Source: Squalus acanthias (Eukaryota). From it: 64,000 nucleotides of DNA. A model generated the notes under the pieces. The model was not told the origin of the DNA. It did no database searches and was given only the letters and a program-made list of their open reading frames with translations. Below, one piece after another: positions 36,860 to 50,439 of this stretch; position 1 is the stretch's first letter, and each line of letters opens with the position of its first letter. The translations under genes and the position numbers were made by a program. The DNA is taken from the NCBI GenBank assembly GCA_030390025.1, contig CM059432.1, positions 50,532,001-50,596,000 of the forward strand, written 5' to 3'.

Positions 36860-39505
36860 GCTTCTAGAAATAGGATTACATAGGATATACAGCACAGAAA
36901 CAGGCCATATGGGTAGAACTTAAAAACAAAAAGGGGGCAAGCACTTTGCTGGGAGTGTACTATAGGCCCCCAAACAGTCAGGGGGAGATAGAGGAACAGA
37001 TATGTAGACAAATCTCAGAGGTGTAGAAATAATAGGGTAATAATAGTAGGGGATTTCACCTTCCCCAATATTAACTGGGATAGTCAGTGTGAAAGGCTTA
37101 GAGGGTGCGGAATTCTTAAAGTGCATCCAGGAGAGCTTTTTGAGCCAGCATGTAGAAAGTCCTACAAGAGAGGGGGCGGTACTGGACCTAATTCTAGGGA
37201 ATGTAGCCGGGCAAGTGGTAGAAGTGTCAGTAGGAGAGCATTTTGGTGACGGTGACCATAATTTGGTGAGATTTAAGGTAGTTATGGAAAAGGACAAAGA
37301 TGGACCGGAAATAAAGGTTCTAAATTGGGGGAAGGCCGATTTTAATGATAAGGCAGGATCTGGCCAAAGTGGACTAGGACCAGCTACTTGTAGGAAAATC
37401 CACATCAGAGCAGTGGGAGTCTTTCAGAAAGGAAATAGAGAGAGTACAGTGCCAACATGTTCCTGTAAAGGTCAAGGGGGGGGACCAACAAGTCCAGGGA
37501 ACCCTGGATGTCAAGGGATATACAAGAATGGATTAGGAAAAAAAGGGAGGCCTTTGGCAGATGCAAAGGACTAAACAGTGGAAGCCCTAGAGGAGTATAG
37601 AAAGTGCAGGGGGGTACTTAAAAAAGAAATTAGGAGAGTGACGAGGGGGCATGAAAAAACACTGGCGGGCAAAATAAAGGAAAATCCCAAGGTGTTTTAT
37701 AAGTATATTAAGGGCAAGCGGATAACCAGGGAACGAGTAGGGCCCATTAGGGACCAAAGTGGCAATCTGTGTGTAGAGCCGGAAGATGTAGGTGAGGTTT
37801 TAAATGAATATTTTGCATCTGTGTTCACTATGGAGAAGCACGATGTAGGCATAGAAATCAGGCAGGGGGATTGTGATGTACGTGAACAAATTAGCATTGA
37901 GAGGGAGGAGGTACTAGCGGTTTTAACGGGCTTAAAAGTGGATAAATCCCCAGACCCAGATGAGATGTATCCCAGGCTGCTGTGTGAGGCAAGGGAGGAG
38001 ATTGCAGGGGCTCTGACACAAATTTTCAGAACCTCTCTGGCCACAAGGGAGGTGCCAGAGGACTGGAGAACAGCTAACGTAGTACCATTATTCAAGAAGG
38101 GTAGTAGGGATAAACCAGGGAATTACAGGCCAGTGAGCGTAACATTAGTAGTAGGGGAATTATTGGAAAAAATTCTGAGGGACAGAATTAGTCTCCACTT
38201 GGAGAGGCAAGGATTAATCAAGGATAGTCAGCATAGCTTTGTCGGGGGGATCGTGTCGAACCAATTTGATTGAATTTTTCGAGGGGGTGACTAGGTGTGT
38301 GGATGAGGGTGGTGCAGTTGATGTAGTCTACATGGACTTCAGTAAGGCTTTTGACAAAGTCCCACATGGGAGACTGGTCAAGAAGGTAAGAGCCCATGGG
38401 ATCCAGGGCAACTTGGCACATTGGATCCAAAATTGGCTTAGTGGCAGGAGGCAAAGGGTGATGGTCGAAGGTTATTTTTGTGACTGGAAGCCTGTGTCCA
38501 GTGGTGTACCGCAGGGATTGGTGCTGGGTCCCTTGCTATTTGTAGTGTACATTAATGATTTAGATATGAATGTCGGAGGTATGATCAGTAAGTTTGCAGA
38601 TGACACGAAAATTGGTGGAGTGGTATATAGCGAGGAGGGAAGCCTCAGTCAAACAGGACGATATAGACGGGTTGGTTAGATGGGCAGAACAGTGGCAAAT
38701 GGAATTTAACCCTGAAAGGTGTGAGGTGATGCATTTTGGGAGGACTAACCAGGCAAGGGCATACACAATGAATGGTAGGACCCTAGGAAGGACAGAGGAT
38801 CAGAGGGACCTTGGTGTGCATGTACATAGATCCCAGAAGGCAGCAGGACAGGCAGATAAGGTGGTTAAGAAGGCATATGGGATACTTGCCTTCATTAGCC
38901 GAGGCATAGAATATAAGAGCAGGGAGGTTATGATGGAGCTGTACAAAACGCTAGTTAGGCCACAGCTGGAATACTGTGTGTAGTTCTGGTCACCACATTA
39001 TAGGAAGGATGTGATTGCATTAGAGAGGGTGCAGAGGAATTTCACCAGGTGTTACCTGGGCTGGAGTGTTTCAGCTATGAAGAGAGACTGGACAGGCTGG
39101 GGTTGTTTTCCTTAGAGCAGAGAAGGCTGAGGGGGGACCTGATTGAGGTGTACAAAATTATGAGGGGCATAGATAGGGTAGATAGAAAGGAACTTTTCCC
39201 CTTAGTAGAGGGGTCACTAACCAGTGGGCATAGTTTCAAGGTAAGGGGCAGGAGGTTTAGAGAGGATTTGAGGAAAAACTTTTTCACCCAGAGGGTGGTT
39301 GGAATCTGGAACTCACCTGCCTGAAAGGGTGGTAGAGGCAGGAACCCTCAACATTCAAGAAGCATTTAGATGAGCACTTGAAACGCCATAGCATACAAGG
39401 CTATGGACCAAGTGCTGGAAAATGGGATTAGAATAGATAGGGCTTGATGGCCGGCGCAGACACGATGGGTCGAAGGGCCTCTTTCTGTGCTGTATGACTC
39501 TGACT
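36860..39505 (+). mobile_element. CR1 LINE, most of ORF2 (EN-RT), frameshifted
   Basis: ORFs 37089-37574, 37578-38273, 38239-38679, 38594-38983 and 39049-39324; (GACTCT)n tail. Confidence 0.95.
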
Positions 39506-40215
39506 CATTCAGCCCAACCAGTCCATGCTGGTGTTTATGCTCCACTTGAGCCTCCTCCCATCTTTCTTCTAACCCTATAAGCATAACCCGCTATTCCCTT
39601 CTCCCCCATGCTTACCTAGTCTCCCCTTAAATGCATCTATACTATTCGCTTCAACCACTCCTTGTGGTAGCGAGTTCCACATTCTCACCACTCTCTGGGT
39701 AAAGAAGTTTCTTCTGAATTCCTTATTTGATTATTTGGTGACTATCTTATATTGATGGCCTCTAGTTTTGCTCTTCCCCACAAGTGGAAACACTCTCTCT
39801 GTATCTACTCTATCAAAACCTTTCATAATTTTAAAGACCTATTGGGTCACCCCTCAGCCTTCTCTTTTCAAGAGAACAGAAACCCAGCCTGTTCATCCTT
39901 TCCTGATCGGTATACCCCCACATTTCTGCTATCATCCTTGTAAATCTTTCTTGTACTCTCTCCAATGCCTCTATATCCTTTTTATAATCTGGCGACCAGA
40001 ATTGTACGCAGTATCAGCAGTGTGGTCTAATAAACGCTAATGCTTTTTTGCTCTTTATGGCCTTGTTAACTTGTGTCGCTACTTTTAGTGATTTGTGTAT
40101 TTGTACTCCGAGATCCGATTGCTCTTCTACCCCATTTAGATTTGTATTTTCCAAGGACCTCCCTATTTATCTGTTGAAATTCATTTGCCAATTATATGCC
40201 CATTCTGCAAGTTTA
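39506..40215 (-). mobile_element. CR1 3' fragment with internal deletions
   Basis: Reverse complement of the 10560-11350 subfamily. Confidence 0.85.
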
Positions 40216-41723
40216 GTAATAAGTGAGGACAGCAAAAAGGCTAATATATCTAATTCTCTACATCATGCTGGAGATAGGCTCCACCTCATTCCTGCAACTG
40301 GACTAGATGGGTTGTACCTACAAATACAGCCAGGCGTTCTTTATGTGCAGAATGAGGTTTGTACTCTTTATGGTGCATAATCCCATATACATTGGTTGCC
40401 TTAGCCTGTTTAAATCACATTTTATATATTTAACAAAAACACCATAATTTGATTTTGGCTTTACTTGCCAAATGGGTTGAGAGAATTAAAGTGGGTCAAC
40501 TACCCACCAGCCAGTTATCGAGGAGATTCAGACAGTGTTCCATTGTTTTTCAAAGAGAGAAGTCCTTTTACACAGCTGTTTACAAATGATAGGAGGAAAA
40601 TAAATATTTAATACTGGTTGCCTCTTGAAATATGGAATTGCTAGTGATAGAGCTGTCAGATAGCTCCACGTAAAATTATTTTAATAGGTATATTTTCCAA
40701 TTAGCATGACTGAACATAAGTCTTCAGAGGTTTAATGTGTCATTAGATATATTAACATATTTTACAAGTTCCAGACACACCGAAATGGTGCAAGGAAAGT
40801 TTAACGTGCGTGGCTGAACCAGAAAGTTGGCAAAACTAATATTAAACTAGGTTGTATATTTACCCACTGAGCTAGAATAAATGTGGCCATGCCAGCATTG
40901 CCCACATCCTGGGATCAAATATAAATCAGATGATCTCTCTAATGGTGCTCTAAAGTTCTTTTTTGGGCCCTGTGTTTTTTTTTAAATGATGAGCCTGTAG
41001 ACTAAATGAAATTGTTATCTTGCAAACAGCTCCTTTTCTGACATGATTAAGCTGGCTCATTTTTTAAAAAAAAATTTAAGTGATGTGGCCTTTCTCTTTT
41101 TCAGTATCTAATTTGGCAGTTAATTTCAGTTTTTAGCAGTTGTAACAATCGTAAGTTAAATAAAGATTGACGTTAATCTAAGCGCTAAAGTATTAGTACT
41201 AGTTTGTGATGTTTAGTTGGTTTGATTCCAAATTACATTATTTTAAACCAAAATTGTCAATTTGACCATTTCACTGTATAGTAGAAAGTATTATGCAGTA
41301 GTTTCACTCATTAAAATAAAATAACTCCCTCTTTGTAGATTATCTGTTTATAAAAAGAAATAGTAAATGCTAGAAATTTGAAACACAAAACAATGCTAGA
41401 AATACAGTCAGCGTGTATAGAGAAAATGCATGGTTAGTGTTTTAGGCACAATGCATTAAGTGCTTAGATATAAATATTTGAGTTATGTTCATATCCACAA
41501 CTTGAATTACAGTTCAAAAATATTTATATTCACAGGCTGTCACATTTTAGACATTCAATTTTTGTATGTATGGATGAATGCAAATTTTAGGCTCACTATA
41601 GATCTAATATAATCAAGAACTTTTCTAAGAAGGGAAGGCTGTTTTACTAACACGGGTATGTTACTACCAAGAAATTCCATTTAACCAACCATTTAACTGT
41701 GGCATTCTTCAAATTTCTTCCAG

Positions 41724-41872
41724 CTGAAGGAGATGTTTCCTGGTTTTCGTCTTGCACTTCCTCCCAAACGTTGGTTCAAGGATAATTATGACCCTAACTT
41801 TCTGGAAGACCGACAACTAGGACTGCAGGCATTTCTCCAAAATCTAGTAGCGCACAAAGATATTGCTAACAG
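41724..41872 (+). CDS. SNX16: SNX16 coding exon 3 (149 nt, PX domain)
   Basis: ttccag|[49 protein letters not shown]+AG|gtatgt. Confidence 0.97.
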
Positions 41873-42159
41873 GTATGTAAGCTTTCCATATGACCATGCC
41901 TAATGTATATAGCAGTGTATTGGACCAGGGTCACTTGTTGGCACAAACTTTCCATTCATATAACAGTGATTGGATGAAATTAATCTTTTAACTCTCGTGA
42001 TTCAACTTAATATTCTTTCTAAAAACTAATCTGCTATACTGCCATTTTTGCATTAATATTAAATGGTTTCAAAGGATCATCAGCAGAAATAATCTGACTG
42101 CTGAGTGCAGTAAAGTAGAGCTGAGAGACCAGGTTTAACAGGTAGTCCTACCAGATATA

Positions 42160-42590
42160 GTACAAGAAGCTGGGGTTGTTCTCCTTGAGCACAGAAGATT
42201 GAGAGGAGATTTGATAGAAGTGTTCAAAATCATGAGGGGTCTGGACAGAGTAGATAGAGGGAAACTGTTCCCATTGGCAGAAGGGTCGAGAACCAGAGGA
42301 CACAGATTTAAGGTGATTGGCAAAAGAACCAAAGGCGACGTAAGAAAAAAACTTTTTTACGCAGCAAGTGGTTAAGACCTGGAATGCACTGCCTGAAAGG
42401 GAGGTGGAGGCAGACTCAATCACTGCTTTCAAAAGGGAGTTGGATAAGTTCCTGAAGGAAAAAAATTTGCAGGTCTACGGGGAAAGGGCGGGGGAGTGGG
42501 ACTAGCTGAAGTGCTCTTGCAGAGAGCCGGCACGGGTTCGATGGGCCGAATGGCTGCCTTCCGTGCTGTAAACATTCTATGATTCTATAA
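42160..42590 (+). mobile_element. CR1 3' fragment
   Basis: LGLFSLE..RLRGDLIEVFKIM-type sequence and (ATTCTATG)n tail. Confidence 0.88.
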
Positions 42591-42639
42591 CACCAGTCTT
42601 GCAGAGCTATATTTTAATATGCCTAGGGCCACTTGGAAA

Positions 42640-43110
42640 TATGAACATACCAACATATGAAAATGACAGGCAGGAAAAGATCAGTTGGTCCATCAAGCCT
42701 GCCCCACGCCAGGATGGCTGGACCATCATGTCTAAACTCCTCTTCCCACCCCTACAGCCATGTAATCTCCTGGAAAAGGCAAAAAAAACCTAGGAAATAA
42801 GGGAAAAAAATACACTCAAATTCTGCTCTGACCCCCTCAGGTGATCGAAACCAGTCCAGGAAATCACATGGACCAAGTATTACCTATAAATACACTTGTC
42901 TTCTATATAATGCAATCTCTGCCCCAGTCAGGAACCAGTCTAGCTCCCTCTTGAAGACATGCAGAGTCAGCATCCACCATACGAGGCGGCAATGTATTCC
43001 AGAGGCTCCCAATTCTCTCGGAAAAGAATCGCCGAATATCCAGTCTGTTTCTATTCTTAAATAGTTGAAACTCATGTTGCCTGGTCCTCACCAATTTGTT
43101 AAAGTGGAAT
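42640..43110 (-). mobile_element. CR1-group 3' fragment, different subfamily
   Basis: Translates RLDIRRFFSERIGSLWNTLP...FKRELD. Confidence 0.65.
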
Positions 43111-43959
43111 AATCAAATGTTATAAGCTTTTGATTTGAATATTATGAGGTATTTACTGAGTAATCTAAGGATTAATTTCTTCCTTTTTGCCTCCAAAAAA
43201 ATACTTTGATCTAGAGGCCGCATTTCAATTAATGAACTGAAGGTGTCTTCCTGTACAGCCATGAAAAATCATTCCCCTTAAATATCAGGATGAATATTTA
43301 GCCCCATGAAAGCAGTAGTGGCTAAAAAAGTTAGTTCTACTTCTCACGTTAGACCCTGGAATAATAAACTGATAGAAAATCTCAAATGCCTGTTATATAA
43401 ACCCAGTGCCAGTGCTGCTTGTATCACCATAGTATTTGAATCAAATACAAACAGCAGTTAATATTTTAAATTGAGTTTGGCCACTTTTTGTTTCACTATA
43501 TAGTGTTTTTAACTATTGTGACAAAATTGAGACTACTGTACAGTTTTCTTTCAGTCCTGGGAATATTTCAGATGCTGTATGAATGTGTCTTTCGCATTGT
43601 GTACTTGTCTTTCGCATTGTGTACTTGCCAAAGAAAGGTTGTGTGTGGAAGTGAAAATCAAGATGCTTAGCAGTAAATTAACTTGCACTAAGCTTTTTTT
43701 TAAGTAGATCTATAAACTTTCTATTTTACATGGGGATCCCTTAATTGTTACCCCATGATATAGTTCAAATACATAGAAACTTTAAAATTGCATTCCTCCA
43801 TGCGCTCTTAATGGTTAAACATAAATTGGGGATTTAGCTGGACTTGGGAATGGGGAAAAAAGTAGTTGGTGCTAAGAAAACATTGTAGAGAACATCAGCT
43901 CCCTAGAAATGGAGGATATCTGGGGGGGAAATGGCAATGCTGACTGAAAATATAAATGA

Positions 43960-44143
43960 TGTGCCGAGGTGTGATAAAGGGTAGTTAGAAAGTTAACTGT
44001 AATCATCTGGCAGTGTTCTCTGACTATATATGCTGTGTCTATATGCATCTCTTCACTTCACCTGACGAAGGAGCAGCGCTCCGAAAGCTTGTGATTTCAA
44101 ATAAAACTGTTTGACTATAACCTGGTGTTGTGCGACTTCTCAC
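43960..44143 (+). mobile_element. 184-bp hammerhead-bearing insertion with 14-bp TSD
   Basis: Homologous to the right arm of the 33629-34014 palindrome; TSD GAAAATATAAATGA at 43946-43959 and 44144-44157. Confidence 0.88.
44058..44094 (+). ncRNA. Minimal type-I hammerhead ribozyme motif (intact, sense to SNX16)
   Basis: TCAC-CTGACGA-A-GGAGC[AGC]GCTCC-GAAA-GC-TT-GTGA. Confidence 0.78.
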
Positions 44144-44367
44144 GAAAATATAAATGAACAGTCATTAGTAACAAAACAAAGTTTAAGATGCATCCATTTA
44201 AAGAACTTGGGCCCGCAGTATTCTTTTGAAGTTACCACTCCTTTTTAAGTTAACGCTGAATACCATGGGACTTGTATTGAATTAGGTTACGCAAATGCAT
44301 GGACCTTGTTGGAAATTGATCTGCAACAAAATCCATCTTCTCTACTAAAGTAACCTTGTATTTTCAG

Positions 44368-44437
44368 CACTTCAGTGAGAGAGTTTTTATGTCTGGATGA
44401 TCCACCGGGTCCCTTTGACAGCCTAGAAGAGAGTCGG
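44368..44437 (+). CDS. SNX16: SNX16 coding exon 4 (70 nt)
   Basis: ttttcag|C+[23 protein letters not shown]|gtaagt; phase matches the previous exon. Confidence 0.96.
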
Positions 44438-44789
44438 GTAAGTTTTTAGTTTAATTCTCTGGAATGTGAAATAACTACAGCAAATGAACAAATGGTTTCT
44501 GAGCACAGTAATGTCATTGTTTTTATAGACATTGACACATTTGCTGAAGAAAGCAGGAATGCTCGGGAGTGGGTGAGGTTAATACATTCTAATGCATTTT
44601 AATGTTGAGTATGTCTACACAAGATGACCTTTTAAGACGTGTAGTCAAACATTGCCAGATTTTAGTGGGAAAATAATGACTGAAATGTTACTGAGCCTTA
44701 CTCAATCTTTTATTTATAATTCCACCTACAATATTTGGGCACTTTGTAGATGCTACGCAAGTTTGATGAAAACAATGCATTTGTGTTTT

Positions 44790-45903
44790 TATCATAGAAA
44801 TGTACGGCACAGAGTCCATTCAACCCATCGTGTCTGTGCTGGCCAAAAAGGAGCTATCCAGCTTAATCCCACTTTCCAGCTCTTGATCTGTAGCCTTGTA
44901 GGTTACAGCATTTCAAGTGCACATCCAAGTGCTCTTTAAATGTGATGAGGGTTTCTGCCTCTACCACCCTTTCAGGCAGTGAGTTCCAGACCCCACCACC
45001 CTCTGGGTGAAAAAAGATCTTCTCCAACTCCTCTCTAATCCTTCTACCAATTACTTTAAATCTATGCCCCCTGGTTATTGATCTCTTTGCTAAGGGAAAT
45101 AGGTCCTTCCTATCCACTCTATCTAGGCCCCTCATAATTTTATACACCTCTATTAAGTCTCTCCTCAGCCTCTTCTGGTCCAAAGATAACAGCCCCAGCC
45201 TATCCAATCTTTCCTCAGAGCTAAAATTCTGCAGTCCTGGCAACCTCCTCGTAAATCTCTCTATCCTCTCTAGTGCAATCACATCTTTCCTGTAATGTGA
45301 CCAGAACTGTACGCAGTACTCTACCTGTAGCCTAACTAGCGTTTTATATAGTTCAAGCATATATATCTTGTATTCTATGCCTTGGTTAATAAGGGAAAGT
45401 ATCCCGTATGCCTTAACTTCCTTATCTACCTGTCCTGCTACCTTCAGGGATCTGTGGACATGCACTCCAAGGCCCCTCTGTTCCTCTACATTTTTCAGAG
45501 TCCTACCATTTATTGTGTATTCCCTTGCCTTGCTGGCCTTCCCCAAATGCATGACCTCGCACTTCTCAGGATTGAATTCCATTTGCTACTTTTCCGCCCA
45601 CCTGACCAGTCCTTGATATCTTCCTGCAGTCTTCAGCTTTCTTCCGCACTATCAACCACGCAGCCAATTTTTGTATCATCTGCAAACTTCTTAATCATGC
45701 CCCCTACATTGAAGTTTAAATCATTGATCTATACCACAAAAAGCGAGGGACCGAGTACCGAGCCCTGCGAAACCCCACTGGAAACAGCCTTCCAGTCACA
45801 AAAACACCCGTGGATTATTACCCTTTGCTTCCTGCCACTGAGCCAATTTTGGATCCAACTTGCCACTTTCCCTTGGATCCCATGGGCTTTGACTTTTCTG
45901 ACC
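44790..45903 (-). mobile_element. CR1 LINE 3' part
   Basis: ORFs 44863-45582 and 45729-45926. Confidence 0.92.
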
Positions 45904-47096
45904 ATTATTTTGGAGGAATAATGCATTTAATTTGTACCTGTAAATCCATCCTTCCATGCCCAGTTCTTAAAAGTTTGTAAGACCTCCTACTTCCTCTTGT
46001 CACGGCTGACTCCTTTTGTGGTGCCGATTGTGTTGGTATTGATCATGCCTTTTGTATCTAAATCTGGATAGGTTATTAGGCTTCAATTTACAAAATTTCT
46101 TACAATTCAGAACTTAAAAATTGCAGTTGCTGTCCTGTACACACTTCCATATGTGCAAGAAAGTAAAACTAATTAAATCAAGGATTTGAAGAATGGTTAA
46201 TTGGTTTCAGAGTGACCTTTGATTTTGTAAATTTGGTATTTCCTAGTACATTATCTACATTCTCCCTATAACTGCAAAGACTACTTCATTCCACATCCTT
46301 TGTAGGAGTATATATAGCCTAGCCCAGTTTAATACGTTCTAGGGACGCTATGTCCTGAGCACGCATATGAGAATGTCAGGATGTTGCAATTAAGCAATGC
46401 CACACTTGCTCATCTATTCCCACATTGTATAAAGCCCCAAGACGTGTGCCATTGCATCAGTTCATTTTTCCTAAAATAGAGTCTTTGCTCCTTGTATTGG
46501 GCCTCTCATCATCAGTTTGGGAAGTGTTCTCAAGCCAAACATATGAAAGAAATTTGTGCTCGTTCGGCCATATGGTAACACATCAATAATCCTGTGCTCT
46601 TTAGACAGCCAAATAGAGTGCATATAAAGCAGATTAAAACACCAGAGCATTGACACAAGACAGAAATTGGAATTTTCATATTTAACAATTCCCTGAGAAA
46701 TCCACTCTCTCTGGGGAGAAACCAAAGAGAATCTAGTGTCTTCCCTTTCCTCCTCACCATGGTCCTCATGTTGAGGAAGGAATGCCTGAACAACACCATC
46801 TATGCCTTAGCTGAATCAATAAGACACATGATCCCACCTGTAACTGGGAAAACTAGAACGGCACTGGAACCAGGGAAATCCAATCGTCCGTTTTAGTTCT
46901 GTCTAGCTATAGGCAGTTGGGAAGAAAGGATCCCCCAAATGGATGGAGAAAAAGAAAGACATGCATTGATATAGTGCCTTTTATGAAGGAAATGTGGCAG
47001 CCAATTTGTGCAAGGTCCCACAAACAGCAATGAGATCAATTTCTTTGAAATAGTGCCATTTACGTCCATTTGAGAGGTCAGACGGGGACTCGGTTC

Positions 47097-47465
47097 AACG
47101 GCACCTCCAACCATCACCCCTGTGCTCGCTGACCTACATTGTCTCGCGATCCAGTAACGCCTCAATTTTAAAATTGTCATCCTTGTTTTCAAATCCCTCC
47201 ATGGCCTCGCCCCTCCCTATCTCTCGAACCTCCTACAACCCTCCAAGATCTCTGCGCTCTTCCAATTCTGGCCTCTTGCGCATCCCCCGATTTTCATCAC
47301 TCCACCAGTGGCAGCCGTGCCTTCAGCTGCCTAGACCCTAAGCTCTGGAATTCCTTCCCTAAACCCCTCTCCTCCTTTTAAGATGCTCCTTTAAAGTCTA
47401 CCTGTTTCCTGTCCTAATGTTTCCTTTTGTGTCTCGGTGTCAAATTTTGTTTGATAACGCTCCTC
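47097..47465 (+). mobile_element. L2-like 3' fragment
   Basis: Same family as 15735-16092. Confidence 0.7.
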
Positions 47466-47479
47466 TGCCTCAGGATGAT

Positions 47480-50360
47480 TTTTATTTGTTCCTGGCATGT
47501 GGGCGTCGCTGGCAAGGCCAGCATTTATTGCCCATCCCTAATTGCCATTGAGAAGGTGGCGGTGAGCCGCCGCCTTGAACCGATGAAGTCCGTGAGGTGA
47601 ATGTACTCCAATAATGCTGTTGGGGAGGGACTTCCAGAATTTTGACCCAGTGACGATGAAGGAACGGTGATATATTTCCAAGTCAGGATGGTGTGCAACT
47701 TGGAGGGGAACTTGCAGGTGATGGTGTTTGCATGCACCTGCTGCCCTTGTCCTTCTAGGTGCTAGAGGTCATAGAAACATAGAATCTAGGAGCAGGAGTA
47801 GGCCATTCGGCCCGTCGAGCCTGCTCCACCATTCAATACGATCATGGCTGATCATTCAAATCCAGTACCCTGTCCCTGCTTTAATCCCCACAGTACACAT
47901 ATCCCACCCTACCCCCGTAACCCCACGTATTTAATTCCCCCTACCATATCCCATCCTATCCCCATAACCCCACATATTTAATCCCCCCCTAACACTAAGG
48001 GTCAATTTATCATAGCCAAATCAACCTAACCCGCACATTTTTGGACTGTGGGAGGAAACCCACGCAGACAGGGGGAGAATGTGCAAACTCCACACAGTCA
48101 CCCGAGGTCAGATTCGAACCCGGGTCCCTGGCGCTGTGAGGCACCAGTGCTAACCACTATGCCACCGTGTTGCAGGATTAGGAGGTGCTGTCAAAGAAGC
48201 TTTGGCGAGTTGCTGCAGTGCATCTTGTAGATGATGCACACTGCCGCCATGGTGCACCGGTGAGACACTCGCCACAGAATACCCAGCCTCTGACATGCTC
48301 TTGTGGCCACAGTATTTATATGGCTGGTCCAGTTAAGTTTCTAGTCAATGGTGACCCCCTCGGATGTTGATGGTGGGGGGATTCGGCGATGGTAATACCG
48401 TTGAATGTCAAGGAGCGGTGGTTAGACTCTCGCTTGTTGGAGATAGTCATTGCATGGCACTTGTGTGGCGCGAATGTTACTTGCCACTTATCAGCCCAAG
48501 CCTGATGTCCTCCAAGACTAGGACACTGCCCTGAGGAACTCCTGCAGTGATATCCTGGGGCTGAGATGATTGACCTCCAACACCCACAACCATCTTCCTT
48601 TGTGCTAGGTATGACTCCAGCCAGTGAAGCGTTTTCCCCCTGATTCCCATTGACTTCGATTTTACAAGGGTTCCTTGATGTGACACTCAGTCAAATGCTT
48701 TCTTGATGTCGAGGGCAGTCACTCTCACTTCACCTCTGGAATTCAGCTCCTTTATCCATGTTTGGACCAAGACCTGGTCTGGAGCCAAGTAGTCCTGGCG
48801 GAACCCAAACTGAGCATTGGTGAGTAAGTGCCACTTGATAGCACTGTCAACGACACCTTCCATCACTTTGCTGCTGATTGAGAGTAGACTAATGGGGGTG
48901 GGGGGCAGGGTGTAATTGGCCGGATTGTATTTGTCCTGTGTTTTGTGGATAGGACACACCTGGGCAGTTTTCCACATTGTCGGGTAGATGCCAGTGTTGT
49001 AGCTGTACTGGAACAGCTTGGCTAGAGGCGCAGCTAGTTCTGGAGTGCAAGTCTTCAGCACAACAGCCAGGATGTTGTCGGGGCCCATAGCCTTTGCTGT
49101 ATCCTGTGCACTCAGCTGTTTCTTGATATCACGCGGAGTGAATTGAATTGGCTGAAGACTGGCTTCTGTGATGGTGGGGTCCTCCAGAGGAAGCCAAGCT
49201 GGATCATCCACTCTGCACTTCTGGCTGAAGATGGTTGCAAACGGTTCAGCCTTGTCTTTTGCATTTGTGTGCTGAGCTCCGCCATCATTGAGGATGGGGA
49301 TATTCATGGAGCCTGCTCCTCCTTTTTAGTTGTTTAATTGTCCACCACCATTCCCGACTGGATGTGGCAGGACTGCAGAGCTTTGATATGACCCGTTGAT
49401 TGTGGGATTGCTTAGCTCTGTCTATAGCATGCTGCTTCCACTGTTTTAGCATGCATGTAGATCTGTGTTGCAACTTCCCCAGGTTGGCACCTCATTTTTA
49501 GGTACGCTTGGTGTTGCTCCTGGCATGCTCTTCTGCACTCCACATTGAACCAGGGTTGACTCCCTGGCTTGATGGTAATGGTAGAGTGAGGGAAAAGTGG
49601 CAAGTAACATTCATGCCACACAAGTGCCAAGCAATGATTATCTCCAACAAGCGAGAGTCTAATCCCCTCCCCTTGACATTCAACGGCATTACATCTTCAA
49701 ATCCCCCACCATCAACATCTGGGGATCACCATTGACCAGAAACTTAACTGGACCAGCCATATAAATACTGTGGCAACAAGAGCTGGTCAGAGGCTGGGTA
49801 TTCACCACCTGACTCCCCAAAGCCTTTCCACCACCTACAAGGCGCAAGTCAGGAGTGTGATGGAATACTTTCCACTTGCCTGGATGAGTGCAGCTCTAAC
49901 AACACACAAACTCGACACCATCCAGGACAAAGCAACCCACTTGATCGACACCCCATCCACCACCTTCAACCTTCCCTCCCTCCAGCATCCGCGCACCATA
50001 GCTGCAGTGTGTACCATCTACAAGATGCACTGCAGCAACTCGCCATGGCTTCTTCGGCAGCACCTTGCAAACCTGCGACTTCTACCACCTGAGAAAGACA
50101 AGATAAGCAGGCACATAGGAACACCACCACCTGCAAGTTGCACACCATCCTGACTTGGAACTGTATTGCTGTTCCTTCATCGTCTCTGGGTCAAAATCCT
50201 GGCACTCCCTTCCCAACAACACTATGGGAGTACCTTCACCACACAGACTGCAATGGTTTAAAAAGGTGGCTCACCACCACCTTCTCCAGGGGAATTGGGG
50301 ATAGGCAATAAATGCTGGCCTTGCCAGCAATGCCACATCCCGTGAATGAATTTAAAAAAA
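47480..50360. mobile_element. Rearranged LINE cluster (family of 1340-4410): minus strand to ~49590, plus strand 49590-50360; nested CR1 tail and SINE at 47770-48173
   Basis: ORFs 48477-49630 (-) and 49770-50153 (+). Confidence 0.85.
47885..48173 (-). mobile_element. HE1-like V-SINE
   Basis: Minus strand: GGTGGCATAGTGGTTAGCACTG (A-box), GGGTTCGAATC (B-box), V-domain-like GTGTGGAGTTTGCACATTCTCCCC...GTTTCCTCCCACAGTCCAAA. Confidence 0.8.
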
Positions 50361-50439
50361 GTTCCACCTCATTCCCTATCCAGGTCCAATTGGCTTATTG
50401 ATTTACTCATCCACTCTGTAACCCTCATCCATGACATCA

